A stretch of 64,000 nucleotides of DNA from Acidimicrobiales bacterium. Its GTDB lineage: Bacteria > Actinomycetota > Acidimicrobiia > Acidimicrobiales > UBA8190. Below are positions 28,429-39,133 of this stretch, piece after piece. A model generated the notes under the pieces. That model saw nothing but the letters and a program-made list of their open reading frames with translations. It did not search any database and was not told where the DNA came from. A program made the translations under genes and the position numbers. Where the stretch lies: contig DATKQM010000013.1 of NCBI GenBank assembly GCA_035532735.1, positions 34,670 through 98,669 on the forward strand, in the 5' to 3' direction. Position 1 is the stretch's first letter. Each line of letters starts with the position of its first letter.

Positions 28429-29732
28429 TGGCGATCACCGAGGCCCCCCGGATCGTGACGTCGCGTCTCGAGCACGACGACTCCCACACGCTCGAGCGCT
28501 ACCTGGCCACAGGTGGGTATGAGGGGCTCCGAAAAGCGTTGTCGATGTCGCCCGAGGACGTGGCCCGCGAGGTGGACGCCGTCAGTCTGCTGGGCCGGGG
28601 CGGGGCGGGATTCCCGGCCGGGCGGAAATGGTCGATGCTGCGCAAGGCGCCCACGACCTATCTCGTGGTCAACGGCGACGAGAGCGAGCCGGCCACGTTC
28701 AAGGACCACCTCCTCGTCGAGCGCGACCCTCATCAACTCATCGAAGGCGTGGTCATCGCCGCCTATGCCATTCAGGCCACCCGGGCCTTCATCTACGTGC
28801 GCGGTGAGTTCGCTCTCGGCCTCGAGCGGGTCCAGAGCGCGCTGAACGATGCTTATGAGCACGGTGCGGTGGGTCGTGACATCTTCGGGTCGGGGTTCTC
28901 GATCGACGTGGTGGTGCACCCCGGGGCCGGCGCCTACATCTGCGGCGAGGAGACGGCGCTGCTCGAGAGCCTCGAGGGCAAGCGGGGCTTCCCCCGGATC
29001 AAGCCCCCGTACTTTCCCGCCGCCATCGGCCTCTACGGCGAGCCCACCGTGGTCAACAACGTGGAGACGCTGTCCAACTTGCCCTGGGTGATCATGAACG
29101 GTTCCGAGGCCTTCACCGCCCTCGGTGCGGGTCGTTCCACCGGCACGCGTTTGTTCGCGCTGGCCGGCCACGTCCGCAATCCGGGTGTCTATGAGGTGGA
29201 GATGGTGAAGACTACCTTCCGCGACCTCATCTTCGCCCCGATCCTGGGTGGTGGCATTCCCGGGGACCGGGAGCTGAAGGCGATCATCCCCGGCGGCGTG
29301 TCGGCCCCGTGGTTCGGGCCCGAGCACCTCGATCTCCCCCTGGGCCAAGACGAAGTGGGCGAAGCCGGATCGATGCTCGGGTCGGGCTCGATCGTCGTCA
29401 TGGACGACTCCACCTGCGTGGTGCGCGCCGCGTGGAGGATCACCCGCTTCTTCTGGCGCGAGTCGTGCGGCCAATGCACGCCGTGTCGCGAGGGGAGCGG
29501 GTGGTTGGAGAAGATCCTGCGTCGAATCGAGGACGGCGACGGCCGCGAGGCGGATGTGGACCTGCTCATGGACGTCTGTGACAACCTGGCGCCCGGTGTG
29601 TCGTGGCCGCCCCAGCAGACGACGATCTGCGTCTTGGGCTCGTCCATCCCGTCGTCGATCGCCTCGGCCATCCGGATGTTTCGCGACGAGTTCCTCGTGC
29701 ACGTGAAGGACGGGGGATGTCCTCATGTCTGA
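28428..29732 (+). CDS. nuoF: NADH-quinone oxidoreductase subunit F
   Basis: 434 aa. Contains GRGGAGFPAGRKWS, VNGDESEPATFKD and ESCGQCTPCREG. Confidence 0.95.
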   Translation: MAITEAPRIVTSRLEHDDSHTLERYLATGGYEGLRKALSMSPEDVAREVDAVSLLGRGGAGFPAGRKWSMLRKAPTTYLVVNGDESEPATFKDHLLVERDPHQLIEGVVIAAYAIQATRAFIYVRGEFALGLERVQSALNDAYEHGAVGRDIFGSGFSIDVVVHPGAGAYICGEETALLESLEGKRGFPRIKPPYFPAAIGLYGEPTVVNNVETLSNLPWVIMNGSEAFTALGAGRSTGTRLFALAGHVRNPGVYEVEMVKTTFRDLIFAPILGGGIPGDRELKAIIPGGVSAPWFGPEHLDLPLGQDEVGEAGSMLGSGSIVVMDDSTCVVRAAWRITRFFWRESCGQCTPCREGSGWLEKILRRIEDGDGREADVDLLMDVCDNLAPGVSWPPQQTTICVLGSSIPSSIASAIRMFRDEFLVHVKDGGCPHV

Positions 29733-32505
29733 TCCCGTCGTGACGTCGCACCACGGCATCGCCCCCAAGGTCGATGAAGGCGCCTCGGTCACCTTCACCC
29801 TCGACGGCCGCGAGGTGACCGCGCCGGCGGGCCAATTCCTGATCGCCGCGGCCGAGCAGGCGGGGACCTTCATCCCGCGTTTTTGCTATCACCCGCGGAT
29901 GAAGCCGGTGGGCATGTGCCGGATGTGCCTCGTCGAGGTGACCGGACCGCGCGGTGCGACGTTGCAGCCCGCCTGCTACGTGCCTGTCGCCGAGGGGATG
30001 GATGTCGACACGACCTCGGAGAAGGTCAAGAAGGCCCAGGACGGCGTGCTCGAGTTCCTGCTCGTGAACCACCCCCTCGACTGCCCGGTGTGTGACAAGG
30101 GTGGTGAGTGCCCCCTCCAGGACCAGGTGCTCGCCTTCGGGCCCGGCGAGAGTCGGTTCCTCGAGGAGAAGCGGCACTGGGCCAAGCCCATCCCGATCTC
30201 CGCGCTCGTCTTGTTGGACCGCGAGCGGTGCATCCAATGCGGCCGGTGTGTCCGGTTCGCGGCCGAGATCGCGGGCGAGGCGCAGATCGACTTCCTGGGA
30301 CGGGGCGACGCCATCGAGGTGAACGTCTTCGAGGACCACGTCTTCACGTCGTACTTCAGCGGGAACACCGTGCAGATCTGCCCGGTGGGCGCGCTCACGG
30401 CATCGCCTTACCGTTTCACGGCGCGGCCGTGGGACCTCGACCAGGTCGAGTCGACGTGCACGCTGTGCGCCTTCGGGTGTCGCGCCGCGGTCCAGTCCTC
30501 GTCCAACCGGGTCACGCGCCTGCTCGGGATCGACAGTGACCCGTTGAACCAGAGCTGGCTCTGTGACAAGGGCCGGTTCGGCTTCGAGGCCGTCAACGCC
30601 GAGGACCGACTGGTCGAGCCGCACCTGCGCCGGAGCGGTGAAGGCACGAACGCCGGCGTGGACGAGCTCGTGCCGGTGTCGTGGAGCGAGGCGCTGACCC
30701 TCGTGGCCGAGCGCCTGGCCCGCGTGCGGGCCGAGGAGGGCCCCGAGGCCATCGGGGTGCTCGGCGGGGCCCGGCTCTCCAACGAGGACGCCTATGCGTG
30801 GGCCAAGCTCGCCAAGTCGGTGATCGGGACCGACTCGGTCGACGCCCAGCTCGGCGACGGCCTGCCCGCCGAGGTCGTGCTCGGTCTGCCCCGGGCCACC
30901 ATCGACGAGGCGTGCGCGGCGTCGTGCGTCGTGGTCCTGTCCGGCGACCTGCGAGAGGAATTGCCCGTCCTGTTCCTTCGTCTGCGGGGGGCGGCCATCG
31001 ACGGGGACGTCCCTGTCATCGAGCTCGCGCCTCGCGCCGGGGCGTTGAGCGAATTCGCCACCGCGGTGCTGCCCTATCGCCCCGGCGAGGCGGCCACGTT
31101 GGCCCGGGCTCTGGCGGCTGGAGGCGAGGGTGGCGAGACCGGTCATCCCGACTCGGTGGAGGTCGAGGCCTGGGCCGCGGCCCGGCAGGCTCTGGGGCGC
31201 GCCGGCGTCGGTGGTGAGGGAGTCGTCGTCGTGATCGGCCGGCCGTCACTGGCCGAGGACGGCGCGCTCATCGCCGAGGCCGCCGCCGCCATGGCGCAAG
31301 CGTGGCCCCAGGCCCGATTCCTTCCCGCTCTTCGTCGGGGCAACGTCATGGGCGCCCTCGACATGGGCCTCGCCCCGGGCCTGCTGCCGGGCCGGGTGAG
31401 CCTGGACGAGGGCCGGGCGTGGTTCGAGGCGGCGTGGGGATCGGTTCCCGCCGCCCGGGGTCGTGACGCCGCGGCCATCTTGCGAGCGTTGGCGGACGGT
31501 TCGATGAAGGCGGTCGTGCTGTTGGGGTCGGACCCCATCGGCGACTTCCCCGACCGGGCCCTCGCCGAGGAGGCACTCGGTCGGGCCGGGTTCGTGGTGG
31601 CGGTGGACGGCTTTCTGTCCTTGTCGGCGGCCCTGGCCGATGTGGTGCTGCCGGTGGCCATCGCGCATGAACGGACGGGAACCACCACGAACATCGAAGG
31701 TCGGGTCACCCGTCTGGCGCAGAAGCTCGTGTCACCGGGCCAGTGCTGGCCGGACTGGATGGTCGCCTCCGAGCTCGCCGATCGGCTCAGCGGAGGGCTC
31801 GGTGTCTCGAGCGCGGCCGAGCTCTGGGACGAGATCGAGTGCCTGGCGCCGTCGCACGCCGGGATCACCCGGGTCGTCCTCGACACGCCGGCGGCACGCG
31901 ACGGGATCGTCGCTCCCTTGCCGGCGTCACCGGTCCGAATCGCCACACGCCGGGTCCTGGCGCCGTTCGACCCCATGGCCACACCGGGCATCGACGCCGT
32001 CGAGGCCCAGGGAGCCCCGCCGCGCGCCGGGCTGGCCGAGCCTCCCGGCGGCGATGAGCTCCTCGCAGCGTCTAACGGCTCGTCGTCCAACGGCGGCGCG
32101 CCGGCCCGACCCCGCTCCCTGCGCTGGCCGGTGCCGGTCGAGGCCGTGACCCTTCCCGCCCCCGACAGCTACTCGCTGCGCCTCGTGTCGCCGCGTCGGC
32201 TCTACGACCACGGTGTGTTGCTCGAAGCGTGCAGCTCCCTCGCCCCCCTGGCGCCGTCGGCCACGGTGCGGGCCAATTCCTATGACCTCGGGCGTTTCGG
32301 GGTCGCGACTCCGGCGCGGGTGCGGGTCCGGTCGTCGAGAGCCGCCCTCGAATTCGAGGCTGTGGCCGATGACGGGGTGCCGCGCGGCGTGGTGTGCATC
32401 GACTTCAACCTCCACACCGACGACCCCGGCGCCGAGCGGGCCGGAGCGTCGGCGTTGATCGACGCCGGCGAGCCCGTCATCGACGTCCGGTTGGAGACGT
32501 TGTGA
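29725..32505 (+). CDS. nuoG: NADH-quinone oxidoreductase subunit G (long form, 926 aa)
   Basis: Contains FCYHPRMKPVGMCRMCLVEV, HPLDCPVCDKGGECPLQD and CIQCGRCVRF, followed by a molybdopterin-like domain and a C-terminal extension. Confidence 0.93.
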   Translation: MSDPVVTSHHGIAPKVDEGASVTFTLDGREVTAPAGQFLIAAAEQAGTFIPRFCYHPRMKPVGMCRMCLVEVTGPRGATLQPACYVPVAEGMDVDTTSEKVKKAQDGVLEFLLVNHPLDCPVCDKGGECPLQDQVLAFGPGESRFLEEKRHWAKPIPISALVLLDRERCIQCGRCVRFAAEIAGEAQIDFLGRGDAIEVNVFEDHVFTSYFSGNTVQICPVGALTASPYRFTARPWDLDQVESTCTLCAFGCRAAVQSSSNRVTRLLGIDSDPLNQSWLCDKGRFGFEAVNAEDRLVEPHLRRSGEGTNAGVDELVPVSWSEALTLVAERLARVRAEEGPEAIGVLGGARLSNEDAYAWAKLAKSVIGTDSVDAQLGDGLPAEVVLGLPRATIDEACAASCVVVLSGDLREELPVLFLRLRGAAIDGDVPVIELAPRAGALSEFATAVLPYRPGEAATLARALAAGGEGGETGHPDSVEVEAWAAARQALGRAGVGGEGVVVVIGRPSLAEDGALIAEAAAAMAQAWPQARFLPALRRGNVMGALDMGLAPGLLPGRVSLDEGRAWFEAAWGSVPAARGRDAAAILRALADGSMKAVVLLGSDPIGDFPDRALAEEALGRAGFVVAVDGFLSLSAALADVVLPVAIAHERTGTTTNIEGRVTRLAQKLVSPGQCWPDWMVASELADRLSGGLGVSSAAELWDEIECLAPSHAGITRVVLDTPAARDGIVAPLPASPVRIATRRVLAPFDPMATPGIDAVEAQGAPPRAGLAEPPGGDELLAASNGSSSNGGAPARPRSLRWPVPVEAVTLPAPDSYSLRLVSPRRLYDHGVLLEACSSLAPLAPSATVRANSYDLGRFGVATPARVRVRSSRAALEFEAVADDGVPRGVVCIDFNLHTDDPGAERAGASALIDAGEPVIDVRLETL

Positions 32506-33731
32506 TGGGCGGAATGCTCGGTCTGGGCGACCCGCTCTTCGGGCACGGCGTGCACTGGGTGGAGCTCCTGATCGTCGTGATCAAGGTGTTCGTGGCCTTC
32601 GGGGCGCTCATGGTGTCGGTCATGCTCATGATCTGGTTCGAGCGCAAGGTCATCTCGGACATGCAGGCGCGCGTCGGTCCCAACCGGGCCGGACCCTGGG
32701 GCCTGCTCCAGACCCTGGCGGACGGGATCAAGCTCTTTTTCAAAGAGGACCTCCTGCCCGAGCGTGCCGATCGGACCGTCTTCAAGCTGGCGCCCTATCT
32801 ATCGATCCTGCCGGCCTTCTTGTCCTTCGCCATCGTGCCGGTGGGGGGGCTGGTGACGGTCTTCGGGCATCGGTTCGAGCTCCAGGTGGCCGACCCTCCC
32901 GTGGGCATCTTGTTCCTGCTGGCCATGTCGTCGATCTCGGTCTACGGCGTGATGCTGGCCGGGTGGTCGTCGGGGTCGAAGTACCCTCTGCTCGGCTCGG
33001 TGCGGGCCTCGGCCCAGATGATCTCCTACGAGGCCGCCCTCGGCCTGACCGTGACCATGGTGGTGTTGCTCGCCGGCTCCTTGTCGACCCGGGCCATCGT
33101 CGAGCACCAGTCGCACACCTTCTTCGGGAGCTGGTACCTCATCCACACCGGCATCCTTCCCTTCTTCTTGTTCATGATCGCCATCACCGCCGAGCTGACC
33201 CGACCTCCCTTCGACCTCGTCGAGGCCGAGCAGGAGCTCGTGGGTGGCTTCAACACCGAGTACTCGTCGATCCGGTTCGCGCTGTTCTTCATGGCCGAGT
33301 TCATGAACACGATCACGATGTCGGCCATCGTCGTGACCCTGTTCCTGGGCGGGCCTGACGGGCCCACGCCCCACGTGTTCATCTTGTCGTGGGTGGTCCC
33401 GGTGCTGTGGTTCTTGGGCAAGACCCTCATCTTCCTTTTCATCTACGTGTGGCTGCGCGCCGCCTTGCCCCGGCTCCGCTATGACCAGCTCATGGACCTG
33501 GGTTGGAAGGTCCTCATCCCGCTGTCGCTCGGGTGGGTCCTCGTGCTCGCCGCCTTCTTGGTGTCACGGTGGTGGGGCGTGGGCGTGATCGTGGCGCTGG
33601 TCGCAGCGGGCGGACTGCTCTTGCGATCGGTCATCGTCGGCTCCGAGCGTGACGAGTCGATCGAGGCCCCCGATCCCGGCGCGCCCGATCCCGGCGTCCC
33701 CGGCGTCGATGCGCCGGGGATGGTGCGCTGA
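32505..33731 (+). CDS. nuoH: NADH-quinone oxidoreductase subunit H
   Basis: Starts [10 protein letters not shown] (GTGATG at 32502-32507 overlaps the nuoG stop). Contains [29 protein letters not shown] and [20 protein letters not shown]. Confidence 0.93.
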   Translation: MGGMLGLGDPLFGHGVHWVELLIVVIKVFVAFGALMVSVMLMIWFERKVISDMQARVGPNRAGPWGLLQTLADGIKLFFKEDLLPERADRTVFKLAPYLSILPAFLSFAIVPVGGLVTVFGHRFELQVADPPVGILFLLAMSSISVYGVMLAGWSSGSKYPLLGSVRASAQMISYEAALGLTVTMVVLLAGSLSTRAIVEHQSHTFFGSWYLIHTGILPFFLFMIAITAELTRPPFDLVEAEQELVGGFNTEYSSIRFALFFMAEFMNTITMSAIVVTLFLGGPDGPTPHVFILSWVVPVLWFLGKTLIFLFIYVWLRAALPRLRYDQLMDLGWKVLIPLSLGWVLVLAAFLVSRWWGVGVIVALVAAGGLLLRSVIVGSERDESIEAPDPGAPDPGVPGVDAPGMVR

Positions 33732-34600
33732 TGGGACTGTTCTCCGGTTTCCGAGACGATCTGCATTTCTTCGGCGGCTTCCGGGTCACGCTCGAGCAGA
33801 TGACGCGCCAGCGGGTCACCCGACAGTACCCGCGTGAGAAGAAGCCCAAGCAGGTCCGCAACCACGGTCGACACGTCCTCAACCGCTACGAGGACGGCAT
33901 GGAGAAGTGCATCGGCTGCGAGCTGTGCGCCGGAGTGTGTCCTGCGGACTGCATCTACGTCCGGGGCGCCGACAACCAGCCTGAGGAACCGGTCTCGCCG
34001 GGCGAGCGGTACGGGTTCGTTTACGAGATCAACTACTTGCGTTGTATCCACTGCGACATGTGTGTCGAAGCGTGTCCCACCGAGGCCATCACCGAGTCCA
34101 AGCTCTTCGAGTTCTCCTTCACCAACCGGGCCGACGCCATCTACACCAAGGACGAGTTGCTCGTCGACGACGCCGGCCGGCCCCAGCGACTTCCCTGGGA
34201 GGACTGGCGCGAAGGCGACGACCAGCACACGTCGGGTTGGATGCGGGCCACCTCACCGTCGGGAGTGGCGGCCTACGAGGGAAAGGTGCAGTGGTCGGGC
34301 GAGTTGGGGTACGGGGTCCGGCCTCCCGAGGGTGGGCAGTCCGAGGAACGCGACGACGCCCGGACCGGCAGCCGTCAGCTCCGGGAGACCTTCTCGTCGC
34401 ATCTCGACGACATCGACCGGCTCCCCGACCAGCAAGGGATGCGAGGCATCGCCAACCGGATGCGGGCGAGGATGGAGCAACGGATCCCGCCCCCGGTACG
34501 AGCCCGGATGGAGCAACGCGCCGCGGCGAAGCGCGGGCCCGGCGACCGGCCGGCACCGACGGTGTGGGTGGAGAATCCCACCACGAAGAGCGAGGGCTGA
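33731..34600 (+). CDS. nuoI: NADH-quinone oxidoreductase subunit I with about 110-aa C-terminal extension
   Basis: Two 4Fe-4S motifs, [12 protein letters not shown] and [12 protein letters not shown]. The tail contains RARMEQR twice. Confidence 0.92.
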   Translation: MGLFSGFRDDLHFFGGFRVTLEQMTRQRVTRQYPREKKPKQVRNHGRHVLNRYEDGMEKCIGCELCAGVCPADCIYVRGADNQPEEPVSPGERYGFVYEINYLRCIHCDMCVEACPTEAITESKLFEFSFTNRADAIYTKDELLVDDAGRPQRLPWEDWREGDDQHTSGWMRATSPSGVAAYEGKVQWSGELGYGVRPPEGGQSEERDDARTGSRQLRETFSSHLDDIDRLPDQQGMRGIANRMRARMEQRIPPPVRARMEQRAAAKRGPGDRPAPTVWVENPTTKSEG

Positions 34601-35283
34601 TGGTCAGCCCTCTACTCGCCACCACGTCGAGTGTCGACGCCCTGACCTTCGCCATCGCCGCCGTGGTCGTGCTGAGCGGAGCCGTGGGAGTGGTGGTGGC
34701 CCGCAATCCGGTGCACTCGGCGCTCATGCTCGTCATGACGCTCTTCGGCGTGGCCGTGCTCTTCGTCGAGCAGCAAGCCAACTTCCTGGCCGCGGTGCAG
34801 GTCATCGTGTACGCCGGCGCCATCGTGGTCCTGTTCTTGTTCGTCATCATGTTCCTCGGGGTCGACCGCGAGGAGAGCCTCGAGAAAGAGCCCTTGCGGG
34901 CCCAGCGTCCGTTGGCCGGGGGCCTCATCGTCCTCGGTCTGGCCGGGCTGCTCCTTATGGGATTCGGTGCGCATTGGTCGGTGGGGGCGAAGTCGATCGC
35001 CGGGCCGTCCCGGAACCAGCCCGGTGGGGATGTGTCTGCGCTCGGCAAGTCGGTGTTCACGACGTACCTCTTCGCCTTCGAGATCACCTCGGCGCTGCTC
35101 GTGATCGCGGTCGTAGGCGCCGTCGTGTTGGCGCGGCGCCCCGGGGGTGCGCTCGGGGGATCGGACCGCGACGCGGATGAGCCCGACACCTCCGGCGACG
35201 GTGTCACCTCCGGCGACGGTGTCACCTCCGGTGATGCCGACACACCCGGCGATACGGCCGAGACCGAGGGGGTCTCGCCATGA
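34600..35283 (+). CDS. nuoJ: NADH-quinone oxidoreductase subunit J with acidic repeat tail
   Basis: Starts [45 protein letters not shown]...; ATG at 34600 overlaps the nuoI stop. The track start at 34042 is over-extended. Confidence 0.92.
   Translation: MVSPLLATTSSVDALTFAIAAVVVLSGAVGVVVARNPVHSALMLVMTLFGVAVLFVEQQANFLAAVQVIVYAGAIVVLFLFVIMFLGVDREESLEKEPLRAQRPLAGGLIVLGLAGLLLMGFGAHWSVGAKSIAGPSRNQPGGDVSALGKSVFTTYLFAFEITSALLVIAVVGAVVLARRPGGALGGSDRDADEPDTSGDGVTSGDGVTSGDADTPGDTAETEGVSP
35188..35238 (+). repeat. 18-bp in-frame tandem repeat x ~2.8 (ACCTCCGGCGACGGTGTC), encoding TSGDGV
   Basis: Units at 35188, 35206 and 35224 (partial, variant). Confidence 0.9.
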
Positions 35284-35585
35284 GCCTCGGCGGGGCGTGG
35301 TACCTGGGGCTGGCGGCGGTGGTGTTCTCGATCGGTGCCCTGGGGCTGCTCGTGCGACGGAACGTGCTCGTCATGTTCATGTGTGTCGAGCTCATGCTCA
35401 ATGCCGCCAACCTGACGTTCGTGACCTTCTCCCGCATGCTCAACGACATCGGCGGCCAGGCGCTCGTGTTCTTCACGCTCGTGGTCGCCGCCGCCGAGGT
35501 GGTCGTGGGCCTCGGCATCGTGGTGGCGATCTTCCGGCGTCGCCGTAACGCCACCGCCGACGACTTCCACATCATGCGGGGCTGA
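35280..35585 (+). CDS. nuoK: NADH-quinone oxidoreductase subunit K
   Basis: 101 aa. Contains [20 protein letters not shown]. Confidence 0.93.
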   Translation: MSLGGAWYLGLAAVVFSIGALGLLVRRNVLVMFMCVELMLNAANLTFVTFSRMLNDIGGQALVFFTLVVAAAEVVVGLGIVVAIFRRRRNATADDFHIMRG

Positions 35586-35630
35586 CCCCGCCGCCCAACT
35601 GACGCCAAACGATCCGAGACGCCCAACCAC

Positions 35631-37550
35631 ATGATCCACGCCGCCTATCTGATGCCGCTGTTGCCGCTCGCCGGCTTCGTCGTGCTCGCCGCCTTCGGGC
35701 GCCGGCTCGGCGACCCCTGGGCGGGCTGGCTCGGGACGGCCACGGTGGCGGGCTCGTTCGTCGTGGCCTGTGTCGTCTACGCCGGGCTCCTGGCCAAGGC
35801 GGCCCCGGCGCGGTCGTTTACCCAGGACCTCTTCACGTGGATCCCCGTGGGCGGGCTCCAGGTGCACGCCGCGCTGCTCATCGACCCCCTGTCGATGACG
35901 ATGGCGTTGTTCGTCGCGGGGGTGAGCTCGCTCATCCACCTCTATTCGATCGGGTACATGAAGGGCGACAGCGACTATCCCAAGTTCTTCCTGTACCTGA
36001 ACCTGTTCGTGGCCTCGATGCTGGTCCTGGTGCTCGGGAACAACCTGCTCTTCACCTTCGTGGGGTGGGAGGGCGTGGGGGTGTGCTCGTACTGGCTCAT
36101 CTCGTTCTGGTTCGGGCGAGACAGCGCGGCCAGCGCGGGGAAGAAGGCCTTCCTCTACAACCGGCTGGCGGATGTGGGATTCCTCATCGCCGTGTTCCTG
36201 GTGTTCTCCAAGACCGGCACCCTCAATTACACAGGGATCTTCGCCCACCTGTCGCTAATCGGCGGCGGGACGGGAACGGCCATCTGCCTGCTTCTCTTCG
36301 TGGCCGCGGTGGGGAAGTCGGCCCAGCTCCCGCTGTTCCCATGGCTGGCCGACGCCATGGAGGGCCCCACTCCGGTGTCGGCCCTCATCCACGCGGCGAC
36401 CATGGTCACCGCCGGTGTGTATCTCATGTGTCGGATCAGCCCTGTGCTCACCCAGCACCACGTCGCCCAGCTGGTGGTGGCGTCGGTCGGAGCGGCCACG
36501 GCCTTCGTGGCCGCCACCATCGGGTGCGCGCAGCAGGACATCAAGAAGGTGCTCGCCTACTCCACGGTCTCGCAACTGGGGTACATGTTCCTGGCCGTGG
36601 GCACCGGGGCCTATGAGGCGGCCATCTTCCTCATGGTGGCGCACGCCTTCTTCAAGGCCCTGTTGTTCCTGGGGGCGGGGTCGGTCATCCACGGCCTGCA
36701 CGACGAACAGGACCTCAAGGCGATGGGCAACCTGCGCCGGTACATGAAGCTGACGTTCTTCACCTTCGGCATCGGCACGCTGGCCATCGCCGGGATCCCC
36801 CCGCTGTCGGGCTTCTTCGCCAAGGGCGAAATCCTCGACAACGCCTATGCGCGCTACCCGGCGCTGTGGGCCATCGGCCTCGTGACCGCCGCGCTGACCG
36901 CCTACTACATGACCAGGTTGGTGTCCCTGGCCTTCTACGGCGACGACCGGTGGCGTCACGGCCCCGGTGGTGGCGCCGGTGCCGGTGACGGCGACGGCCA
37001 TGGAGGGGGGGCCGAGCCCCACGAGTCACCCTGGGTGATGGCATTCCCGTTGGTGGTGCTGGCGGTGTTGGCCTTCTTCGGCGGGCTACTGCATCTCCCG
37101 TGGCATTCGAGCTGGAATCCCCTCAGCTGGTTGGGGCCTGTGTTCGGCGCCGGACAGTACGAGGCGCACCAGTCGACGGGGACGCAGTGGGCGCTCGGCA
37201 TCGTCGACTCGGTGGTGGCCCTGGTCGGCCTCGGGGTGGCCTTCTCCTTGTGGTCGCGTCGGGCGGATCGGCCCGCGCTCGAGCCTGCGGTGTTGGAGCG
37301 GGCCTATTTCCTCGACGACATCTACGACGCCGTGATCGCCCGGCCCGGCCAGGCCTTCGCCCGGTTCTGCGCCACGGTGGTCGAGGTCAAGGTCATCGAC
37401 GGTGCGGTCAACGGTGTGGGGAGGCTCACCCGGGTTGCGGGAGGCGGGCTGCGGCGGGTCCAGACGGGATATGTCCGGCAGTACGCGCTCGGCATCGTCT
37501 TGGGCACCGTGGTGCTCCTGGCCTGGATGCTTTCGAGGGCGGTGTCATGA
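35631..37550 (+). CDS. nuoL: NADH-quinone oxidoreductase subunit L
   Basis: 639 aa, polytopic. Contains FVGWEGVGVCSYWLISFW and AVGKSAQLPLFPWLADAMEGPTPVSALIHAATMVTAGVY. Confidence 0.94.
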   Translation: MIHAAYLMPLLPLAGFVVLAAFGRRLGDPWAGWLGTATVAGSFVVACVVYAGLLAKAAPARSFTQDLFTWIPVGGLQVHAALLIDPLSMTMALFVAGVSSLIHLYSIGYMKGDSDYPKFFLYLNLFVASMLVLVLGNNLLFTFVGWEGVGVCSYWLISFWFGRDSAASAGKKAFLYNRLADVGFLIAVFLVFSKTGTLNYTGIFAHLSLIGGGTGTAICLLLFVAAVGKSAQLPLFPWLADAMEGPTPVSALIHAATMVTAGVYLMCRISPVLTQHHVAQLVVASVGAATAFVAATIGCAQQDIKKVLAYSTVSQLGYMFLAVGTGAYEAAIFLMVAHAFFKALLFLGAGSVIHGLHDEQDLKAMGNLRRYMKLTFFTFGIGTLAIAGIPPLSGFFAKGEILDNAYARYPALWAIGLVTAALTAYYMTRLVSLAFYGDDRWRHGPGGGAGAGDGDGHGGGAEPHESPWVMAFPLVVLAVLAFFGGLLHLPWHSSWNPLSWLGPVFGAGQYEAHQSTGTQWALGIVDSVVALVGLGVAFSLWSRRADRPALEPAVLERAYFLDDIYDAVIARPGQAFARFCATVVEVKVIDGAVNGVGRLTRVAGGGLRRVQTGYVRQYALGIVLGTVVLLAWMLSRAVS

Positions 37551-39133
37551 CCCACGACACGGCCTTCCCGTTCCTCACCGTGTTGGTGCTGCTGCCTGCG
37601 GGCGCGGCCATCGTCGCCGCGCTCATCCCCGGGTCAGTGGGCGAGCGGGTCCAGCGCCGGGCCGTGTACGGCGTCGGGCTGGCCGGGTCGCTCGCCACCT
37701 TGGCCCTGGCGGTCACCATCGCGCTGCGGTATCAGGCCGGCAACGGCGGGTACCGGCTCGTGAGCCAGCACGTGTGGGCCCAGGGGCTCGGGATCTCGTG
37801 GCACCTCGGCGTCGACGGCATCTCGGTCTTCCTCTTACTCATGGCCGCCATCCTGTTTCCTCTGGCGATCGTGGCCGGGAAGGTGCCGAGCCGGCCCCGG
37901 TCCTTCGTGGCCTGGATGCTCCTGCTCGAGGCGGGGTGCCTGGGGAGCTTCGTGTCGCTGGATCTGATCATGTTCTTCTTGTTCTTCGAGCTGACCCTCG
38001 TGCCGGTGTACTTCGTCATGACGGGCTGGGGTTTCGCGGGACGGGCCAACGCAGCCATCAAGTTTTTCGTCTACACGTTCTTGGGCTCGGCCTTCTTGTT
38101 GGTGGGGATCGTGGCTGTGGCCTTCATCCACGAGCGGCAGACCGGGCATCTCACCTTCGACCTGGTGGCGCTCACCGCCACCCATCTCGGGCTGGCGTCG
38201 CAGGTGCTGTTGTTCCTCGCCTTCACCGCCGCCTTCGCCGTGAAGGCGCCGATCTTCCCCTTCCACACGTGGTCACCGGGCGCCTACGCCGAGTCGCCCA
38301 CCGGCGGGGCGGTCATCCTGGCCGCGGTCATGGCCAAGATGGGCACCTACGGCATCATCCGGTTCGACCTCAACTTGTTCCCCCGGGCCGTGGTCGACCT
38401 CGCCCCGCTGCTGCTCACCCTGGGCGTGATCGGGATCCTCTACGGGGCGGTCGTGGCCTGTGTCACGCGCGACATGAAGCGGCTGGTGGCGTACTCCTCG
38501 CTCAGCCACCTCGGGTTCGTGGTGCTCGGGACCTTTGCGCTGACCACCCAAGGGGTCACCGGCGGCGTGCTGCAGATGGTCAACCACGGGCTCATCATCG
38601 CCGTGCTGTTCATCGTGATCGGGTGGATCTACGAGCGGCGCAAGACCTGGCAGGTCAACGAATTGCGGGGGTTGCAGCGGGCCGCCCCGGTGTTGGCGGG
38701 CGTGTTCACCGTGGCCATGCTGGCCGCCATCGGGCTGCCCGGGCTCAACGGCTTCGTGGGCGAGTTCCTGGTCCTGGCCGGGACGTTCCTCTCCCATCGG
38801 TGGTGGGCGGTGGTCGCCACCGGCGGGGTGGTGCTGGCCGCGCTGTATCTCTTGTGGGCCTATCAGCAGGCGTTTCACCACGAGCCTGACGAGACCACGG
38901 CCTCGGTGCGCGACCTGTCGTGGCGGGAGATCGCCGTGGTGGCACCGCTCATCGCCTTGATCCTGGTGCTCGGCGTCTATCCCAAACCCGTGCTCGACCG
39001 GATCACCCCGTCGGTGACGCGACTGGTCCAGCACGTGGAGACGACGACGGGCACCCACCAGCCGACGGTGGCGACCCAGGGCTCGCCACCGACGCGGGTC
39101 AGCAGCAGCGCCAGCCCGGGAAGGGTGCGGTGA
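37547..39133 (+). CDS. nuoM: NADH-quinone oxidoreductase subunit M
   Basis: Starts MTHDTAFPFLTVLVLLP (ATGA overlap with nuoL). Contains AFAVKAPIFPFHTWSPGAYAESPTGGAVILAAVMAKMGTYG. Confidence 0.94.
   Translation: MTHDTAFPFLTVLVLLPAGAAIVAALIPGSVGERVQRRAVYGVGLAGSLATLALAVTIALRYQAGNGGYRLVSQHVWAQGLGISWHLGVDGISVFLLLMAAILFPLAIVAGKVPSRPRSFVAWMLLLEAGCLGSFVSLDLIMFFLFFELTLVPVYFVMTGWGFAGRANAAIKFFVYTFLGSAFLLVGIVAVAFIHERQTGHLTFDLVALTATHLGLASQVLLFLAFTAAFAVKAPIFPFHTWSPGAYAESPTGGAVILAAVMAKMGTYGIIRFDLNLFPRAVVDLAPLLLTLGVIGILYGAVVACVTRDMKRLVAYSSLSHLGFVVLGTFALTTQGVTGGVLQMVNHGLIIAVLFIVIGWIYERRKTWQVNELRGLQRAAPVLAGVFTVAMLAAIGLPGLNGFVGEFLVLAGTFLSHRWWAVVATGGVVLAALYLLWAYQQAFHHEPDETTASVRDLSWREIAVVAPLIALILVLGVYPKPVLDRITPSVTRLVQHVETTTGTHQPTVATQGSPPTRVSSSASPGRVR

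Noticed and set aside
34119-36248. 709-aa minus-strand ORF across nuoI-nuoL
   Set aside because: It lies opposite four unmistakable nuo genes and has His/Arg/Glu/Pro-rich nonsense composition.
32394-39132. 5'-extended track ORFs for nuoH (32394), nuoJ (34042), nuoM (37100), nuoN (38920), and likewise nuoA/B/C and acs
   Set aside because: The extensions overlap the preceding gene in another frame. Canonical N-termini begin at starts that overlap the upstream stop codons, the typical coupled-operon pattern.
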